A stretch of DNA of 64,000 nucleotides from Methanocaldococcus indicus (GCF_049554935.1 NZ_CP186926.1:608001-672000); one strand, 5' to 3'. Counted from the stretch's first letter, positions 32,477 through 43,798 are shown. Program-made: numbers and translations. The notes: generated from the letters alone by a model not told the origin.

Positions 32477-33594
32477 GTTCTCACTTTAAATAAGTTGAAT
32501 TTTTTGTATTCTTCATAATTAAAGCTATTTATAATTTTTTTAATATTTTCTTTACCATTGTATTTTAAATAGAGTTTTCTCATTTTTTCAGCATTTTTTC
32601 TACAAAGTTTTGCATCCTCAATAGCATCATAAAGATGATTTAATTCATTGTAAGTTAGATAGATTCCACAACCTAAATCATCAACTTTTTTAGCATTGTT
32701 ATTTTGTTCTGGATGGTCTAAATCAGGAATAACAACTAAGGGCTTTCCAAAGCATAAACTTTCCATTATAGTAGAGTGTCCTCCATGAGAAACTATAACC
32801 TCTGCATTTCTCATTAACTTATCCATTTCTGTTGTGAATGGAATTATCTTTATATTTTTCTTATCTTCACTTTTCAAATCTTTTCTTAATCTCTTAGCTA
32901 CTTCATAGCTTCCACATACTAAAATAGCTTTTAAATCATTCTTTAATGAGATTTCTTTTATTTTCTCTAATATTTTGTATCTATATTCAAAACCACCTAT
33001 AACACTTAAAACATAATTATCATTGGAAACATTATCAACATTGTATCTAATTAATGGACCAATAAATTCCATATTATCTAAGAATTTTAAGTTATATTCA
33101 CAAATTGTATAAGGCATTGGAAAATCTGGAATTATAACTTTTTCACATCTTTTATTTATAATATTCAATATTTTCATTGTTGGATGAACAACAATATCTG
33201 TTTTTAACTTAAATTTAGTATAGTTTTGGTTAGTTATACACAATACTGGTTTTTTAAATAATTTACCAACAACAACAGTACTATATTTACAATCTGAAAT
33301 AATTAAATCAGGATTGTATTTTTTGATAATTTTATATTCAGCTTTAATAGCTTTCTTAGGATTATGTTCTTTGTTGAATATAGTTGATTTTAAGTCAAAT
33401 TTTCCATCTTTACCTTTTAACTTCACCTCTGGATATGTTTCAACAACATCAAAACCATATTTTTCAATAAAATCTTTACTTTTTCCATAAGCTAAATATA
33501 AAAGCTCATGTTCATCTTTTAAAGCTTCTCCTAAGGCAATACATCTTGTTGTATGTCCAAAACCTTCCCCACATACTGAAATTAATATTCTCAT
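32473..33594 (-). CDS. MJ1255/VC2487-type GT-B (family 28-like) glycosyltransferase
   Basis: [23 protein letters not shown]. Confidence 0.88.
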   Translation of the reverse strand: MRILISVCGEGFGHTTRCIALGEALKDEHELLYLAYGKSKDFIEKYGFDVVETYPEVKLKGKDGKFDLKSTIFNKEHNPKKAIKAEYKIIKKYNPDLIISDCKYSTVVVGKLFKKPVLCITNQNYTKFKLKTDIVVHPTMKILNIINKRCEKVIIPDFPMPYTICEYNLKFLDNMEFIGPLIRYNVDNVSNDNYVLSVIGGFEYRYKILEKIKEISLKNDLKAILVCGSYEVAKRLRKDLKSEDKKNIKIIPFTTEMDKLMRNAEVIVSHGGHSTIMESLCFGKPLVVIPDLDHPEQNNNAKKVDDLGCGIYLTYNELNHLYDAIEDAKLCRKNAEKMRKLYLKYNGKENIKKIINSFNYEEYKKFNLFKVRT

Positions 33595-34859
33595 AGTAAC
33601 TCCTCACTCTCTTCTGTTAATTTTATCTTATTTATTCTACCTATCTTTTCCTTTTTAAGTATTTTTCTATTCTCTAACTCAGAGACAATCCTTGAAACCT
33701 TTGGTTTATTCATTCCTGTTATCTCACAAATCTCTTTTTGTGTTATTTCTCCATATTCTTTAACCAATTTAATAATTTCTTTCTCTTCATCGGTTAAAAA
33801 TTGCCAAAGTATTCCTTTTTTAATATTTCTATATTCTTCTAATTTTTTATTAATTTCATTAAGTTTATCTTTTAGTTTTTCATTTTCATAGTTTAAAAAT
33901 TCATTTATCTCTTTTAGTTTATTTATTTCATTATTCAATTGGTTTATTTTGTTATTTAATTCTTCAACTTCTTTCATTTTAGATAAATATTTTTTGTCTA
34001 ATTCTTTAATTTTTTCTTCTTTTTCTCTAATTGTTTCATTTAGATTTAATATTTCTGAATTTAATTTATTTATTGTCTCTCTTAGCTCATCAACTTCTTT
34101 AACTTTATTTTTTAATTTTCTCTCATTATTATGTTTGTATATTACTAAACCACCCAATCCAATACTTAAAATCAATAATAGCCCGATTATTACATAAAAT
34201 TTCCAATATTCTCCTTTATTGTTAGTTTGGATATTCTCAATGTTATTTTCACTTGGAAAGCTAACAAAGGTATATTTCATATTAATAGTAAATAATATTG
34301 GCTTATTTAGCTCCAAATGCCAACTAATAATTTGATGTTTTCCATCAGATGTAATTGTATATCCAGATGGATGTATGTATAAATTTCCTTGTGGAGATAA
34401 TATAACTGTTCCAGGGGGGAGGTAAATAGTTATTTTTGCTTTTTTTGAAGATATTGGTATATTTAATATCAATTGTTTTTCAGAATTACCATAGATAGCA
34501 TCAGTAACAATAAAGTTGTATGTTATTTTAACAGATTCACCAGGTTTAATTTCTCTATCAAATCCAATAGTTATTTTTGTGGCTCCTTCATTGTAAATTA
34601 TTTCTTGAGATTTTATATTTACTGGTGAGGAATTTATAGTTATATTAGATAAACTATGTGGGATTAGTAAAGAAAATTCATTGAAAGATTTATTATCATT
34701 GTTGTATAGAGTTATTGTATAAGTTTCATTTACTAAGTTATTTGGTAGAACATAACACACTACAACAGTATCTTTAATCTCATAATTTTTAATTTCAGAG
34801 GAGTGTATGTTAGGTAGGAATAAAAGCAATATAATAAAAAACAATAATAACCTTTTTAT
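33591..34859 (-). CDS. Membrane-anchored protein: signal peptide, extracellular beta domain, TM helix, coiled coil, C-terminal winged HTH
   Basis: ITQKEI...[12 protein letters not shown] wHTH; start uncertain (TTG 34844 or ATA 34859 after GGTGAT). Confidence 0.8.
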   Translation of the reverse strand: MKRLLLFFIILLLFLPNIHSSEIKNYEIKDTVVVCYVLPNNLVNETYTITLYNNDNKSFNEFSLLIPHSLSNITINSSPVNIKSQEIIYNEGATKITIGFDREIKPGESVKITYNFIVTDAIYGNSEKQLILNIPISSKKAKITIYLPPGTVILSPQGNLYIHPSGYTITSDGKHQIISWHLELNKPILFTINMKYTFVSFPSENNIENIQTNNKGEYWKFYVIIGLLLILSIGLGGLVIYKHNNERKLKNKVKEVDELRETINKLNSEILNLNETIREKEEKIKELDKKYLSKMKEVEELNNKINQLNNEINKLKEINEFLNYENEKLKDKLNEINKKLEEYRNIKKGILWQFLTDEEKEIIKLVKEYGEITQKEICEITGMNKPKVSRIVSELENRKILKKEKIGRINKIKLTEESEELL

Positions 34860-34919
34860 GGTATCACCTTAAAATAAAGTAAAAGTCATATTATATAAAA
34901 AATTTTATGGAGATATGAT

Positions 34920-35753
34920 ATGATAAATGATTATAGAGTTAAGATAGCTATTCCATTAATTTTGTTAGTTTTCTCTATACTACTTATAACATTTAAAGGC
35001 ATTCCTAAAAGTATTGATATAACAGGAGGAACAGAAATAACAATAAAAGTTAATGAAAAGATAGATATTTTAAAGCTAAAACAAGAGTTGGAAGGATTGG
35101 CTGATGTTAAAGAACTAAAATCTACAACAGGTTATTATATAGTTATAAAATGTAAGCAAGAGAATGTTAATATTGTTAAGCAGAAACTAAAAGAGTTCTT
35201 TAAAGTAGATTCTCTATCTAAATTGGATTATTCAGAGAAAGTTATTGGACCTACACTAAGTCAGAAATTTTTTGAAGATGGATTAAAAGCTTTGAGTTTT
35301 GCATTTTTGTTTATGGCTATTGTTATTTATGTAACATTCAGAAAACCATTAGTTAGTGGAGTTATAATATTCTGTGCTTTATCAGATATTATAATTACTC
35401 TTGGTGGAATGAGTTTATTCAATATTGAGTTATCATCTGCAACAATTGCAGCCTTGTTAATGGTTATAGGTTATGCAGTAGATAGTAACATTTTATTAAC
35501 AACAAAAGTCCTAAAAAGATTAACAAAAGATTTTGATGAAGTATATAAAGAGGCCTTTAAAACTGGTTTAACAATGTCCTTAACAACTATCTCAGCTATG
35601 CTAATCTTATATTTAGTTGTAAAATTTGTTATTCCTATAGCTTATGTACTATCTAATATTTCATCAGTTATTATAATTGCTTTGATAGCTGATATTTTAA
35701 ACACATGGTTTTTAAATGCTGGAATCTTAAAATATATGGTAAGTAAAAAATAA
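34920..35753 (+). CDS. secF: Protein translocase subunit SecF
   Basis: IDITGGTE, IGPTLS, IGYAVDSNILLT. Confidence 0.92.
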   Translation: MINDYRVKIAIPLILLVFSILLITFKGIPKSIDITGGTEITIKVNEKIDILKLKQELEGLADVKELKSTTGYYIVIKCKQENVNIVKQKLKEFFKVDSLSKLDYSEKVIGPTLSQKFFEDGLKALSFAFLFMAIVIYVTFRKPLVSGVIIFCALSDIIITLGGMSLFNIELSSATIAALLMVIGYAVDSNILLTTKVLKRLTKDFDEVYKEAFKTGLTMSLTTISAMLILYLVVKFVIPIAYVLSNISSVIIIALIADILNTWFLNAGILKYMVSKK

Positions 35754-35766
35754 CTCTTAAAATTTT

Positions 35767-36609
35767 TTATTTTTTTAATACCTCTAAAATAGCTTTTCTC
35801 GTAACATCAATATTTGGCTCTATTCCTGTCCAAATTTTAAATGCTTCAGCTCCTTGATATATAAGCATTCCTAATCCATCAATTGCAAGAGCATTAGCTT
35901 TTTTAGCCTCTTTTAATAAAACTGTTTCCAAAGGAGAATAAACTAAATCCATAACTATTTTATTTTTTAATTTGTCAGAGGTTAAAAGAGGTTTATCATC
36001 TTTTTTCATTCCTACTGATGTTGCATTTATAACAATGTCAATATCTTCTATTATATCATCTACATTTAAACCAGAGTATTCCACTCTTCTATTCAACTTT
36101 TTGCTAATTTCTTCTGCCAAGCTTTTAGCTTTTTCAACTGTCCTATTTGCTATAACAACATTGTTGTTTTTTGCTAATTCAAATGCAACAGCTCTTGCAG
36201 CCCCACCAGCTCCAAAAATTAGTATATTATAGTTCTCAACCTTACCAATTTTTTCCTCCAATGCTCTCCTTGCACCTATTCCATCAGTATTATATCCTAT
36301 TGCTTTATCATCCACAATCTTTATTGTATTTACAGCATTTATTAGCTTAGCTTCTTCATTTAATTCATCTAAATATTTTATAATATCTACTTTATATGGG
36401 ATAGTAACATTAAAACCAACTATTCCCAAAGCTTTTGCTCCATCAATGACATACTTTAATCTATCCTTATCAACTTCAAAAGCTAAATATACATAGTTCA
36501 AGTTTTTATCTTTAAAAGCAGCATTGTGCATAATAGGAGATAAAGAATGCTTAACAGGATTTCCAATTAAGCCAATTAACTTAGTACTTGCATTTATAAT
36601 AATTATCAC
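35767..36609 (-). CDS. aroE: Shikimate dehydrogenase
   Basis: HSLSP, NVTIPYK, NTDG, GAGGAARA. Confidence 0.96.
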   Translation of the reverse strand: MIIIINASTKLIGLIGNPVKHSLSPIMHNAAFKDKNLNYVYLAFEVDKDRLKYVIDGAKALGIVGFNVTIPYKVDIIKYLDELNEEAKLINAVNTIKIVDDKAIGYNTDGIGARRALEEKIGKVENYNILIFGAGGAARAVAFELAKNNNVVIANRTVEKAKSLAEEISKKLNRRVEYSGLNVDDIIEDIDIVINATSVGMKKDDKPLLTSDKLKNKIVMDLVYSPLETVLLKEAKKANALAIDGLGMLIYQGAEAFKIWTGIEPNIDVTRKAILEVLKK

Positions 36610-36647
36610 CTAATATTTTTTATTTTAAGTTATAAGGTAAGTTATAG

Positions 36648-37364
36648 GTGGTGGTCATAATGATTAATTATATAGTAGGACTTATTGGTCTAATTATAGC
36701 AACATATCAGGATATTAAAAGTAGAGAAATTGATGACTATATTTGGATTATGCTAAGTATTTTTGGATTATTATACACATTAACAATCTCTATATTATAT
36801 CATCAATATATATTTTTTATACAGTCAATAATTGGTTTTACTGTATGCTTTTTTTTAGGATATATTTTATTTTTATTTGGAGTTGGAGCAGCAGATGGTA
36901 AGATATTAGCTGGATTAGGAGCTTTAGTTCCAAAGTATAACTTTCCAGTGTATAGTGTGATTGGCTATCTCCTAAATTTAAGTCCTTATATACCATCATT
37001 TCCAATTGTTGTCTTTATTAATTCATTATTCTTTTGTATTTTTATTCCAATTGTTATATTTATTAAAAATATTTTAAATAAAAATTACCCAAAAAACCTT
37101 AAAGAATTTTTTTATTTATTTATTGCTGAAAAGATGAAATATAAAAAAGCTAAAAATAGTTTTAGAGTTATTTATGGAAAAGAGAAAATAAATATCTTAA
37201 AAAGTGTTGAAGAAAAGAATGACAAATACAATGATGAGGACATAGTTTGGACCTCTCCTGAAATTCCTTTTATAGTTCCAATGCTTTTGTCATATATTTT
37301 AACTCCTTATATTGGAGATTATATAGTATATAAAATTACATTAATGATATTCCAAGTATTTTAG
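36648..37364 (+). CDS. flaK: Prearchaellin peptidase FlaK/ArlK
   Basis: DIKSREI, GAADGK (GxGD-like), W.SPEIPF; convergent with the fla operon. Confidence 0.9.
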   Translation: MVVIMINYIVGLIGLIIATYQDIKSREIDDYIWIMLSIFGLLYTLTISILYHQYIFFIQSIIGFTVCFFLGYILFLFGVGAADGKILAGLGALVPKYNFPVYSVIGYLLNLSPYIPSFPIVVFINSLFFCIFIPIVIFIKNILNKNYPKNLKEFFYLFIAEKMKYKKAKNSFRVIYGKEKINILKSVEEKNDKYNDEDIVWTSPEIPFIVPMLLSYILTPYIGDYIVYKITLMIFQVF

Positions 37365-39009
37365 CTACTAATGTTTTTGTTAAATATGCTACTATTGCAC
37401 ATATCCATACACAAATAACAAAATGTAGAAATCCTACATATTTATGGCCTCCGTCCATAAGCTTTATTAAGTATGCTGAAACTGCTGAATATGCAACCAT
37501 TACTGTAAAAACTATATACTCTATAAGTCTTAAATTACTAATAGGCATAACGTTTATAATTTGTATAACCGTCTCAGGAATGTTTAAAGAAGAATATAGA
37601 TAGTTAATCATATTAGCTACTCCTAAAGATGCATAAAGTGCTAATGTTAAACCTCCTCCTAACCCATAAATTACTCCAACAAACTGCTGAACACTTTGAT
37701 ATTTAGATTTTCTTAGTTGTAATATTCTTCTAAAATTGTTACTTATTATATTTGCTGCTGTTTTAGCATCTCCTCCAAAATATATACATCTTGAAAACAT
37801 ATCAGTGAATAGCTGAATTAAATAACTACAAGAATCATATCCAAACAATCTCCAAGCTTTATTTGAATCAATATTTAAAGCCAATCTTTTGTATAATTTT
37901 TTTAAGTCATCAGTTAATGGCCCAAAATCATGATTTGATAAATATTTTAATGACTCAATCATACCTCCTCCTTTAGCACTCACAGAACCTCCTAAAGACC
38001 TTAAAAATTCTGGATATACATCTTCCTTTCTCTTTACTTTTTCTTCTTCAAAATATGCAATTATTCCAATAATTAATAAAGGAGTAAAACCTAATGCTGT
38101 CAAAATCATATAAGGAATCTTATAAAATGGACTTATCATTGCTATATACTTGGCCCAAATTAAGAATCCAAACCATACTACAGTTAATACAACTGATATT
38201 ATTAGCCATTTTTTTAGTTTTTTATCAGTATCAGTTGGATTCTTACCTGTGTGCCACAACCTATCAAAGGTCAATTTATTTTTAATTAGAACAATAATTA
38301 ATGCCTCAGTTATAATAAATGCTAACAATCCTCCAGTAGCCATAACAATAAAATTGTAAGGTAATAAAAAAGGTACTAAAATAACAAAAGATAAGAAGAA
38401 AGCAATTGATGTCATAGCACTAACATAGAGTTCTTTATACATATCTAATGAATATAACATTCTTCTATAAAATGCAGCAAAATCATCCATGACTATATCT
38501 TGTTCTTTAATAAGAAAATCTTTTAATTCTTCACCACTATCTACTGCAAAAGCTAATCTATCTAAAAAATCTGCAAATTCCTTACTTGGAGTTCTTTGTG
38601 ATAAAAATCTACAAGCCTCTGCTAAGGACATCCCCCATTTATCAACCAAAACAAATAATTTTCTTGATTCTTCTGCTAACTCACCTAATTCTTCTTTCTC
38701 TTCAGATAGTATTTTTAAAAGTTCCTTTCTATCTAAATCAGTTATAGATAATGTCCCAAATTTTGAAATAAATATATGTAGTCTTTCATTAATTTTTGTT
38801 TTTTTAGTATCTAAAAGAATATAGGGGTATGCTATAGCACTACCTAATATTAAAATAGGTAAAAGTAAGAATAAGTAAAATAACCAACCAGAGAAAAATT
38901 TAATTCCAATAATTACCAATATTAATGATACAATAAATGCAGGTAGTAGTATTTTTAAAATATAATCCCTTGGATGAATACCAACTCTCGGTAGTATTTG
39001 AAAAACCAC
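37336..39009 (-). CDS. flaJ: Archaellum membrane platform FlaJ/ArlJ
   Basis: Polytopic TadC/GspF-like protein; FLDRLA..DSG, DGGH. Confidence 0.95.
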   Translation of the reverse strand: MVFQILPRVGIHPRDYILKILLPAFIVSLILVIIGIKFFSGWLFYLFLLLPILILGSAIAYPYILLDTKKTKINERLHIFISKFGTLSITDLDRKELLKILSEEKEELGELAEESRKLFVLVDKWGMSLAEACRFLSQRTPSKEFADFLDRLAFAVDSGEELKDFLIKEQDIVMDDFAAFYRRMLYSLDMYKELYVSAMTSIAFFLSFVILVPFLLPYNFIVMATGGLLAFIITEALIIVLIKNKLTFDRLWHTGKNPTDTDKKLKKWLIISVVLTVVWFGFLIWAKYIAMISPFYKIPYMILTALGFTPLLIIGIIAYFEEEKVKRKEDVYPEFLRSLGGSVSAKGGGMIESLKYLSNHDFGPLTDDLKKLYKRLALNIDSNKAWRLFGYDSCSYLIQLFTDMFSRCIYFGGDAKTAANIISNNFRRILQLRKSKYQSVQQFVGVIYGLGGGLTLALYASLGVANMINYLYSSLNIPETVIQIINVMPISNLRLIEYIVFTVMVAYSAVSAYLIKLMDGGHKYVGFLHFVICVWICAIVAYLTKTLVAKILGISLM

Positions 39010-39018
39010 TATCCCACC

Positions 39019-40680
39019 TTATATTGTAAAAGGCAACCCTTCCAAACCTTTCTCATAAAATGCCCAAATAATGTCTCTAACTTGATAATAATCAAAAATT
39101 TCTCTTGCAATCATCTCATCTAAAATTTTAGCTCTTAACTCTAACTCATTATATATATCTCTAACATCCTCATATCCAGCAGCTTTAGCAATCTTTTCCT
39201 CTAAAATATAACTGTTATTTTTTCCAGTAAATACATGCCTATCTTTGTCAGGTTCCCATTGGAATACTCCTCTTGTAATGACCCCATCAACTTCTTTGTA
39301 GTATCCTTCAATCTCTTCAATAGTAACAACTCTTCTTAATACTTTACCTCTTTGATATACTGCCAATTGGAATAAAGCAACATTTAGGTTATCCATAAAT
39401 GTTAGAGGAACATTTATCGGTTCTCCACTTAACCTTTGAATCATCTTTCTAACATTTGCTGCGTGGAATGTTGATAAAACAGGGTGTCCAGTTTGCATAG
39501 CTTGGAAAGCAACTGCTGCCTCAACACTCCTAATTTCTCCAACTATGATATAGTTAGGCCTTGACCTTAAAGCTGCTCTTAATAAATCAAACAAAGTAAC
39601 CCTACTTTCCTCTGGACCTCTCTCTCTTGTTATTAATTGCTGCCAAACAGGATGAGGTGGTTTAACTTCTGGAGTATCTTCACAAGAGAATATTTTAGAA
39701 TCTGGTTTTATAAAGGGTAGTATTGCATTTAGAGTTGTTGTCTTACCAGAAGCTGTTTCTCCACAAATAAAAATACTCATACCATACTCTAAACATAACC
39801 ATAAATAAGCAGCAATTTCAGTGGAAAATGTACCCCAACTTATTAATTGAGTAACACTAATTGGAACATCTGTAAATTTCCTAATTGTAAATGATGGCCC
39901 TTTTGGAGAGACATCTGTAGAATAGACAATATTTACCCTTGAACCATCTGGTAAGGCACCATCCACAATAGGATTAGCATCTGAAACAGGCCTACCCATA
40001 CGTTCTCCAATAGTTTTTAGATAACTTGCTAATTCAACTTCATCCTCCCATGTTATATTTGTTGGTAGCATACCAAAAATTTTATGAACAACATGACAAT
40101 TTTTTGGACCTATAACGTGTATATCCTCTAAGTAAGGGTCTCTTGATATAGGTTCTAAAACTCCTAACCCTATCAAATCTCTTTTTAATAAATATAGAAA
40201 TTTCCTTCTTTCTTCAGATGTAATCTCAACCCTATTATCAACCATTTTTATAATTCTCACTAAAAAATTTTTTTTATTCTTAGTTTTGTCTTCTTCTACT
40301 ATTTTTGTACATCTATCAAATAATCTTACTAATATCTCCTCAAATTCTTCAGCACTTTTAGGAACTTCTTCATAAGGTGCTAATTCTAAAATTCTGTCTA
40401 AAATCATTTTATATTTCAATTTCTCTTCAGGAGTCTCTAATTTTGGTTCAATAACAATATACTTTGTCCTTGTTTCTGGAGTACCAAATATATGAATAAA
40501 AATAGGGTCTCCAATTGGGTATATAATATTTGGATATTTAATTTCTTTAAGTTCTCTTGATAATGCTGGTAAAAAATCAGGAAGTCTCAAATATATCCTT
40601 TTAAAATTTTCAATGTATTTTGCTAAATGAGGATTTCTTTGCATAGCTTCTCTTAATTCAGCTTCAGGCATAAATTCCAC
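39019..40680 (-). CDS. flaI: Archaellum ATPase FlaI/ArlI
   Basis: GETASGKTT, IIVGEIR, QTGH. Confidence 0.96.
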   Translation of the reverse strand: MEFMPEAELREAMQRNPHLAKYIENFKRIYLRLPDFLPALSRELKEIKYPNIIYPIGDPIFIHIFGTPETRTKYIVIEPKLETPEEKLKYKMILDRILELAPYEEVPKSAEEFEEILVRLFDRCTKIVEEDKTKNKKNFLVRIIKMVDNRVEITSEERRKFLYLLKRDLIGLGVLEPISRDPYLEDIHVIGPKNCHVVHKIFGMLPTNITWEDEVELASYLKTIGERMGRPVSDANPIVDGALPDGSRVNIVYSTDVSPKGPSFTIRKFTDVPISVTQLISWGTFSTEIAAYLWLCLEYGMSIFICGETASGKTTTLNAILPFIKPDSKIFSCEDTPEVKPPHPVWQQLITRERGPEESRVTLFDLLRAALRSRPNYIIVGEIRSVEAAVAFQAMQTGHPVLSTFHAANVRKMIQRLSGEPINVPLTFMDNLNVALFQLAVYQRGKVLRRVVTIEEIEGYYKEVDGVITRGVFQWEPDKDRHVFTGKNNSYILEEKIAKAAGYEDVRDIYNELELRAKILDEMIAREIFDYYQVRDIIWAFYEKGLEGLPFTI

Positions 40681-40688
40681 CTTTTTTA

Positions 40689-41390
40689 TTATGCAATAGA
40701 TGCTATTTCTACAGCCAATCCTATTTTTGGTTCAACTCTAAATACTATATTCTTCTGATATGTTCCAGGAGCCATATTGTATTTAAGTATCTTAGCAATA
40801 TTTTTTATTTTTCCTGCAAATTCAAAGACTTCAGTTTTTATTAAGATAGTTGAGGAACTCCTAATAATTGTTAAAACTTCTTCACTAAGTTCTTTTGGAT
40901 TAATTGTGCAAATTATTATTTTTTTCAAAGCAGTTATTCTCTTAAAAAAAGCCATTAAATCATTAACACTAACTTCACTTGCATCATTTGAAATTAATGA
41001 TGACAATGAATCAAAAATAATTACATCTTTTTCATAAAATGCTCTTGTTTCCATAACTTTTTTTAAAAATCCGTCTTTTTTCTTGTTATCAGCTATTAAT
41101 GGATATACTGGGATGTATAATAAAGCTCCTGAAAGTAATTTTTTGTTTATTTTATAGTCTAAAGATTCCATCTGTCTTATAAATTCCAAAGTTGTTAGTT
41201 GTGTAGAAACATAAGTTACAGAATGTCTATTTTGTAGAAATCCATAAGCTAATCTTTGGCATAATACTGATTTTCCAGAACTTTCCTCACCTTCAATTAC
41301 AATTAAACTACCATATGGTATACCCCCTCCAATTCTTTTATCTAAGTCATCTCTACTAAGTTCAATTTTAGCAACTTCCATAATAAACAC
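40689..41390 (-). CDS. flaH: Archaellum KaiC-like protein FlaH/ArlH
   Basis: GGGIP, GEESSGKS, FRVEP. Confidence 0.95.
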   Translation of the reverse strand: MFIMEVAKIELSRDDLDKRIGGGIPYGSLIVIEGEESSGKSVLCQRLAYGFLQNRHSVTYVSTQLTTLEFIRQMESLDYKINKKLLSGALLYIPVYPLIADNKKKDGFLKKVMETRAFYEKDVIIFDSLSSLISNDASEVSVNDLMAFFKRITALKKIIICTINPKELSEEVLTIIRSSSTILIKTEVFEFAGKIKNIAKILKYNMAPGTYQKNIVFRVEPKIGLAVEIASIA

Positions 41391-41392
41391 CT

Positions 41393-41836
41393 TTATTGGA
41401 TATATCCAATAATCTCTCTACTAACCCCAGAACTTGATACTACTCTTATTTTATGGTAACCTGTTTCATTGTAACTAACATTAATTGTTCCTACTTCTTC
41501 AGGGTATAATATTCCTGTAGTTGGAGAAATATCAGTTATAGACACTATATTTCCATCAATAATCACATTAAATGTAGTATTTGTAAATATTATTGGCTCT
41601 TTTCCAGTATTTTTAATGTATATAGTAGTTATCCCTAATGTTGGATTCCTTGGGATGTCTGCAGGGTCATTTATTATTTCAAAATCTTGAGCTAATTTAT
41701 TAGATATTGAATCAGATTTTTTTTCTAAACTTAAAGATATTTTATAACTTGAGACAGTTAAAACACTTACAACCAATCCAGCAATTAACAATACAGCAAC
41801 AAACAATAAAATTTCTGAGACAGCACTGGATGCCAA
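41393..41836 (-). CDS. flaG: Archaellum stator protein FlaG/ArlG
   Basis: N-terminal TM, FEIINDP, YIKNTG. Confidence 0.93.
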   Translation of the reverse strand: MASSAVSEILLFVAVLLIAGLVVSVLTVSSYKISLSLEKKSDSISNKLAQDFEIINDPADIPRNPTLGITTIYIKNTGKEPIIFTNTTFNVIIDGNIVSITDISPTTGILYPEEVGTINVSYNETGYHKIRVVSSSGVSREIIGYIQ

Positions 41837-41846
41837 TTTAAATCAC

Positions 41847-42260
41847 CTAACCAACAAGATAGAAGTACTTATTTCCATTATCTGAAACTACACATATTCT
41901 ACTTGGTTGAGTCCAATTAACAATAAAAGTTACATTTTGTAATGGAAGTAAATAACCTTGTGGTACTATTGTTATATTTTCTTTTGGAACTATAGCCCCA
42001 TCAAATAATATAGTAAAATTGTTAGGATTCACAGTTATAGAACCATTATTAAATATTGTTATATTTGTTTGTGTTGTAGAACTTGAAACACTTACAATTA
42101 CTAATCTTTCTTTTAGTTTCTTATACATATTGTTGTATTTATATTCAAATGCATCAAACATTTTGTTATATTGAGTGTCCATAGTTAAATATATATAGGA
42201 GCCAGCAATTAATAATCCTATAACAATAACTGTAATACCTATTACAGAACTAAAGCCCAT
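41847..42260 (-). CDS. flaF: Archaellum stator protein FlaF/ArlF
   Basis: MGFSS N-terminus, NNGS, operon position. Confidence 0.92.
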   Translation of the reverse strand: MGFSSVIGITVIVIGLLIAGSYIYLTMDTQYNKMFDAFEYKYNNMYKKLKERLVIVSVSSSTTQTNITIFNNGSITVNPNNFTILFDGAIVPKENITIVPQGYLLPLQNVTFIVNWTQPSRICVVSDNGNKYFYLVG

Positions 42261-42657
42261 ATAATTGTTCAGCCCCCTTTCTAATTTTTCTTAATTCCCA
42301 TTCTAATTTATCTAATAAATCAGTTGATATACTCTTTCCATTTAATCTTTCAATTATTAATATTGATAGGACATGGTCTGCTATATTTAATTTACCTGAT
42401 GAATCTATAACTTCCTCATCAATTCTTATACCTTTCAAGTATTTTAACAATTTTGTTAGAGCTTTTTCCCCTATCCATCCAAGCATATAATAAAATTCTA
42501 ATATATCAGGAACATTCTCTACACCAACTTTCTCAGCCAAATATTCCAACCATTTGAATGTTAATATTATCCCTTCAGGAGTATCTGGAATATCCTCTAA
42601 TTTAGCTGGTTTATGGACAGCTAATATATGAGTCATTGATGAGTTCATTAATACCAC
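42250..42657 (-). CDS. flaE: Archaellum protein FlaE/ArlE
   Basis: FlaD/E domain KWLEYL..YY..GWI..DH..S. Confidence 0.92.
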   Translation of the reverse strand: MVLMNSSMTHILAVHKPAKLEDIPDTPEGIILTFKWLEYLAEKVGVENVPDILEFYYMLGWIGEKALTKLLKYLKGIRIDEEVIDSSGKLNIADHVLSILIIERLNGKSISTDLLDKLEWELRKIRKGAEQLYGL

Positions 42658-42664
42658 CTCATAT

Positions 42665-43798
42665 TTATAAGTTTTGTATTTCTAAGACCCATTTTTTAAT
42701 TCTTCTTAGTTCAATTTCTAATAATTCTAAGGTTTCTGGATTTATTGGTCTATTTGCTAACTTTTCAATATACATAAATGACATTATGTGCTCACTTGGT
42801 GTTAATTTGTCTCTTGGTTTTATATCTTCTTCTAAACCTGCCAATAATCTCATGTTTTTAGCTAATCTTAAAAGTTTTATGACTACTTTATTAGAAATCC
42901 ATCCAATCTCATTATAGTAATCTAATATATCAGGCAAGTTTGCAATGCCAACCTTTGATACTAAGAACTCAATCCATTTAAAAGCAATACCCATAGATAT
43001 TGGGTCTTCTGGAAAATCTTCTAATCTATATTTCCTTTCACTTAACATAACGTCACCTTCTATTCTCATTTCGATTTCACCAATGTCCATGTGTTCCTCA
43101 AGTTTTTCTTCTAAATCCTTTACTTCTTTTTCAGATACACTTACTCCTTCTTCTATTTGTATAGGTTGTGTTTCTTTTTCCTCAACTTCTATCTCTGGTT
43201 TTTCAGATATTTTTAATTCTTCTTTAGTAGCTTCATAATCTTTCTCTACTAATATCTTCTCTTTTACTTCTTCTTTTGGTTTTTCTTTAATTGTTACTTC
43301 TGATATTTCTGTTTCTTTTTCTTCTTCAACTATTTCTTTTTGTTTTAGTTCTTTTACACCTTTTTCAGGAGCTACTTCCTCAACTTTAATCTCTTCAATC
43401 TCTTCTTTTGCCTCTATTGGTTCAGCTTCAGGAGCTTTTTCAGTTTTTTCTGCTTCAACTTCAAGAGTTTCTGAGAGTTTTGTAGATGCTGCTAAAGTAG
43501 TAAGTTTCATTATAGTATCTAATTTTTGTTCTAAGGATTGTAACTTCTTAGTAAGTTCTTCAGTTTTATCTTCTCTACCTTTTGTTAATACTTCAGATAT
43601 CCTTTCAACTATTTTGTCAAGTTGTCTTTTAGTAACTTTTTTTCCTCTTAAGTTGTTTTTTAATAATATTATAATAAATGAGGGTAATTTCCCCCTAAGG
43701 TTTTCTAAATATTCTTCAATTTCATCATCTGTAAGAAATTCTTCATCATCAATGAAATCAACTGAAATGTCATTCATTGCTTTCTGTATCATCTTCAT
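42665..43798 (-). CDS. flaD: Archaellum protein FlaD/ArlD
   Basis: E/K-rich linker plus C-terminal FlaD/E domain (KWIEFL, YY..GWIS, EHIMS). Confidence 0.92.
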   Translation of the reverse strand: MKMIQKAMNDISVDFIDDEEFLTDDEIEEYLENLRGKLPSFIIILLKNNLRGKKVTKRQLDKIVERISEVLTKGREDKTEELTKKLQSLEQKLDTIMKLTTLAASTKLSETLEVEAEKTEKAPEAEPIEAKEEIEEIKVEEVAPEKGVKELKQKEIVEEEKETEISEVTIKEKPKEEVKEKILVEKDYEATKEELKISEKPEIEVEEKETQPIQIEEGVSVSEKEVKDLEEKLEEHMDIGEIEMRIEGDVMLSERKYRLEDFPEDPISMGIAFKWIEFLVSKVGIANLPDILDYYNEIGWISNKVVIKLLRLAKNMRLLAGLEEDIKPRDKLTPSEHIMSFMYIEKLANRPINPETLELLEIELRRIKKWVLEIQNL

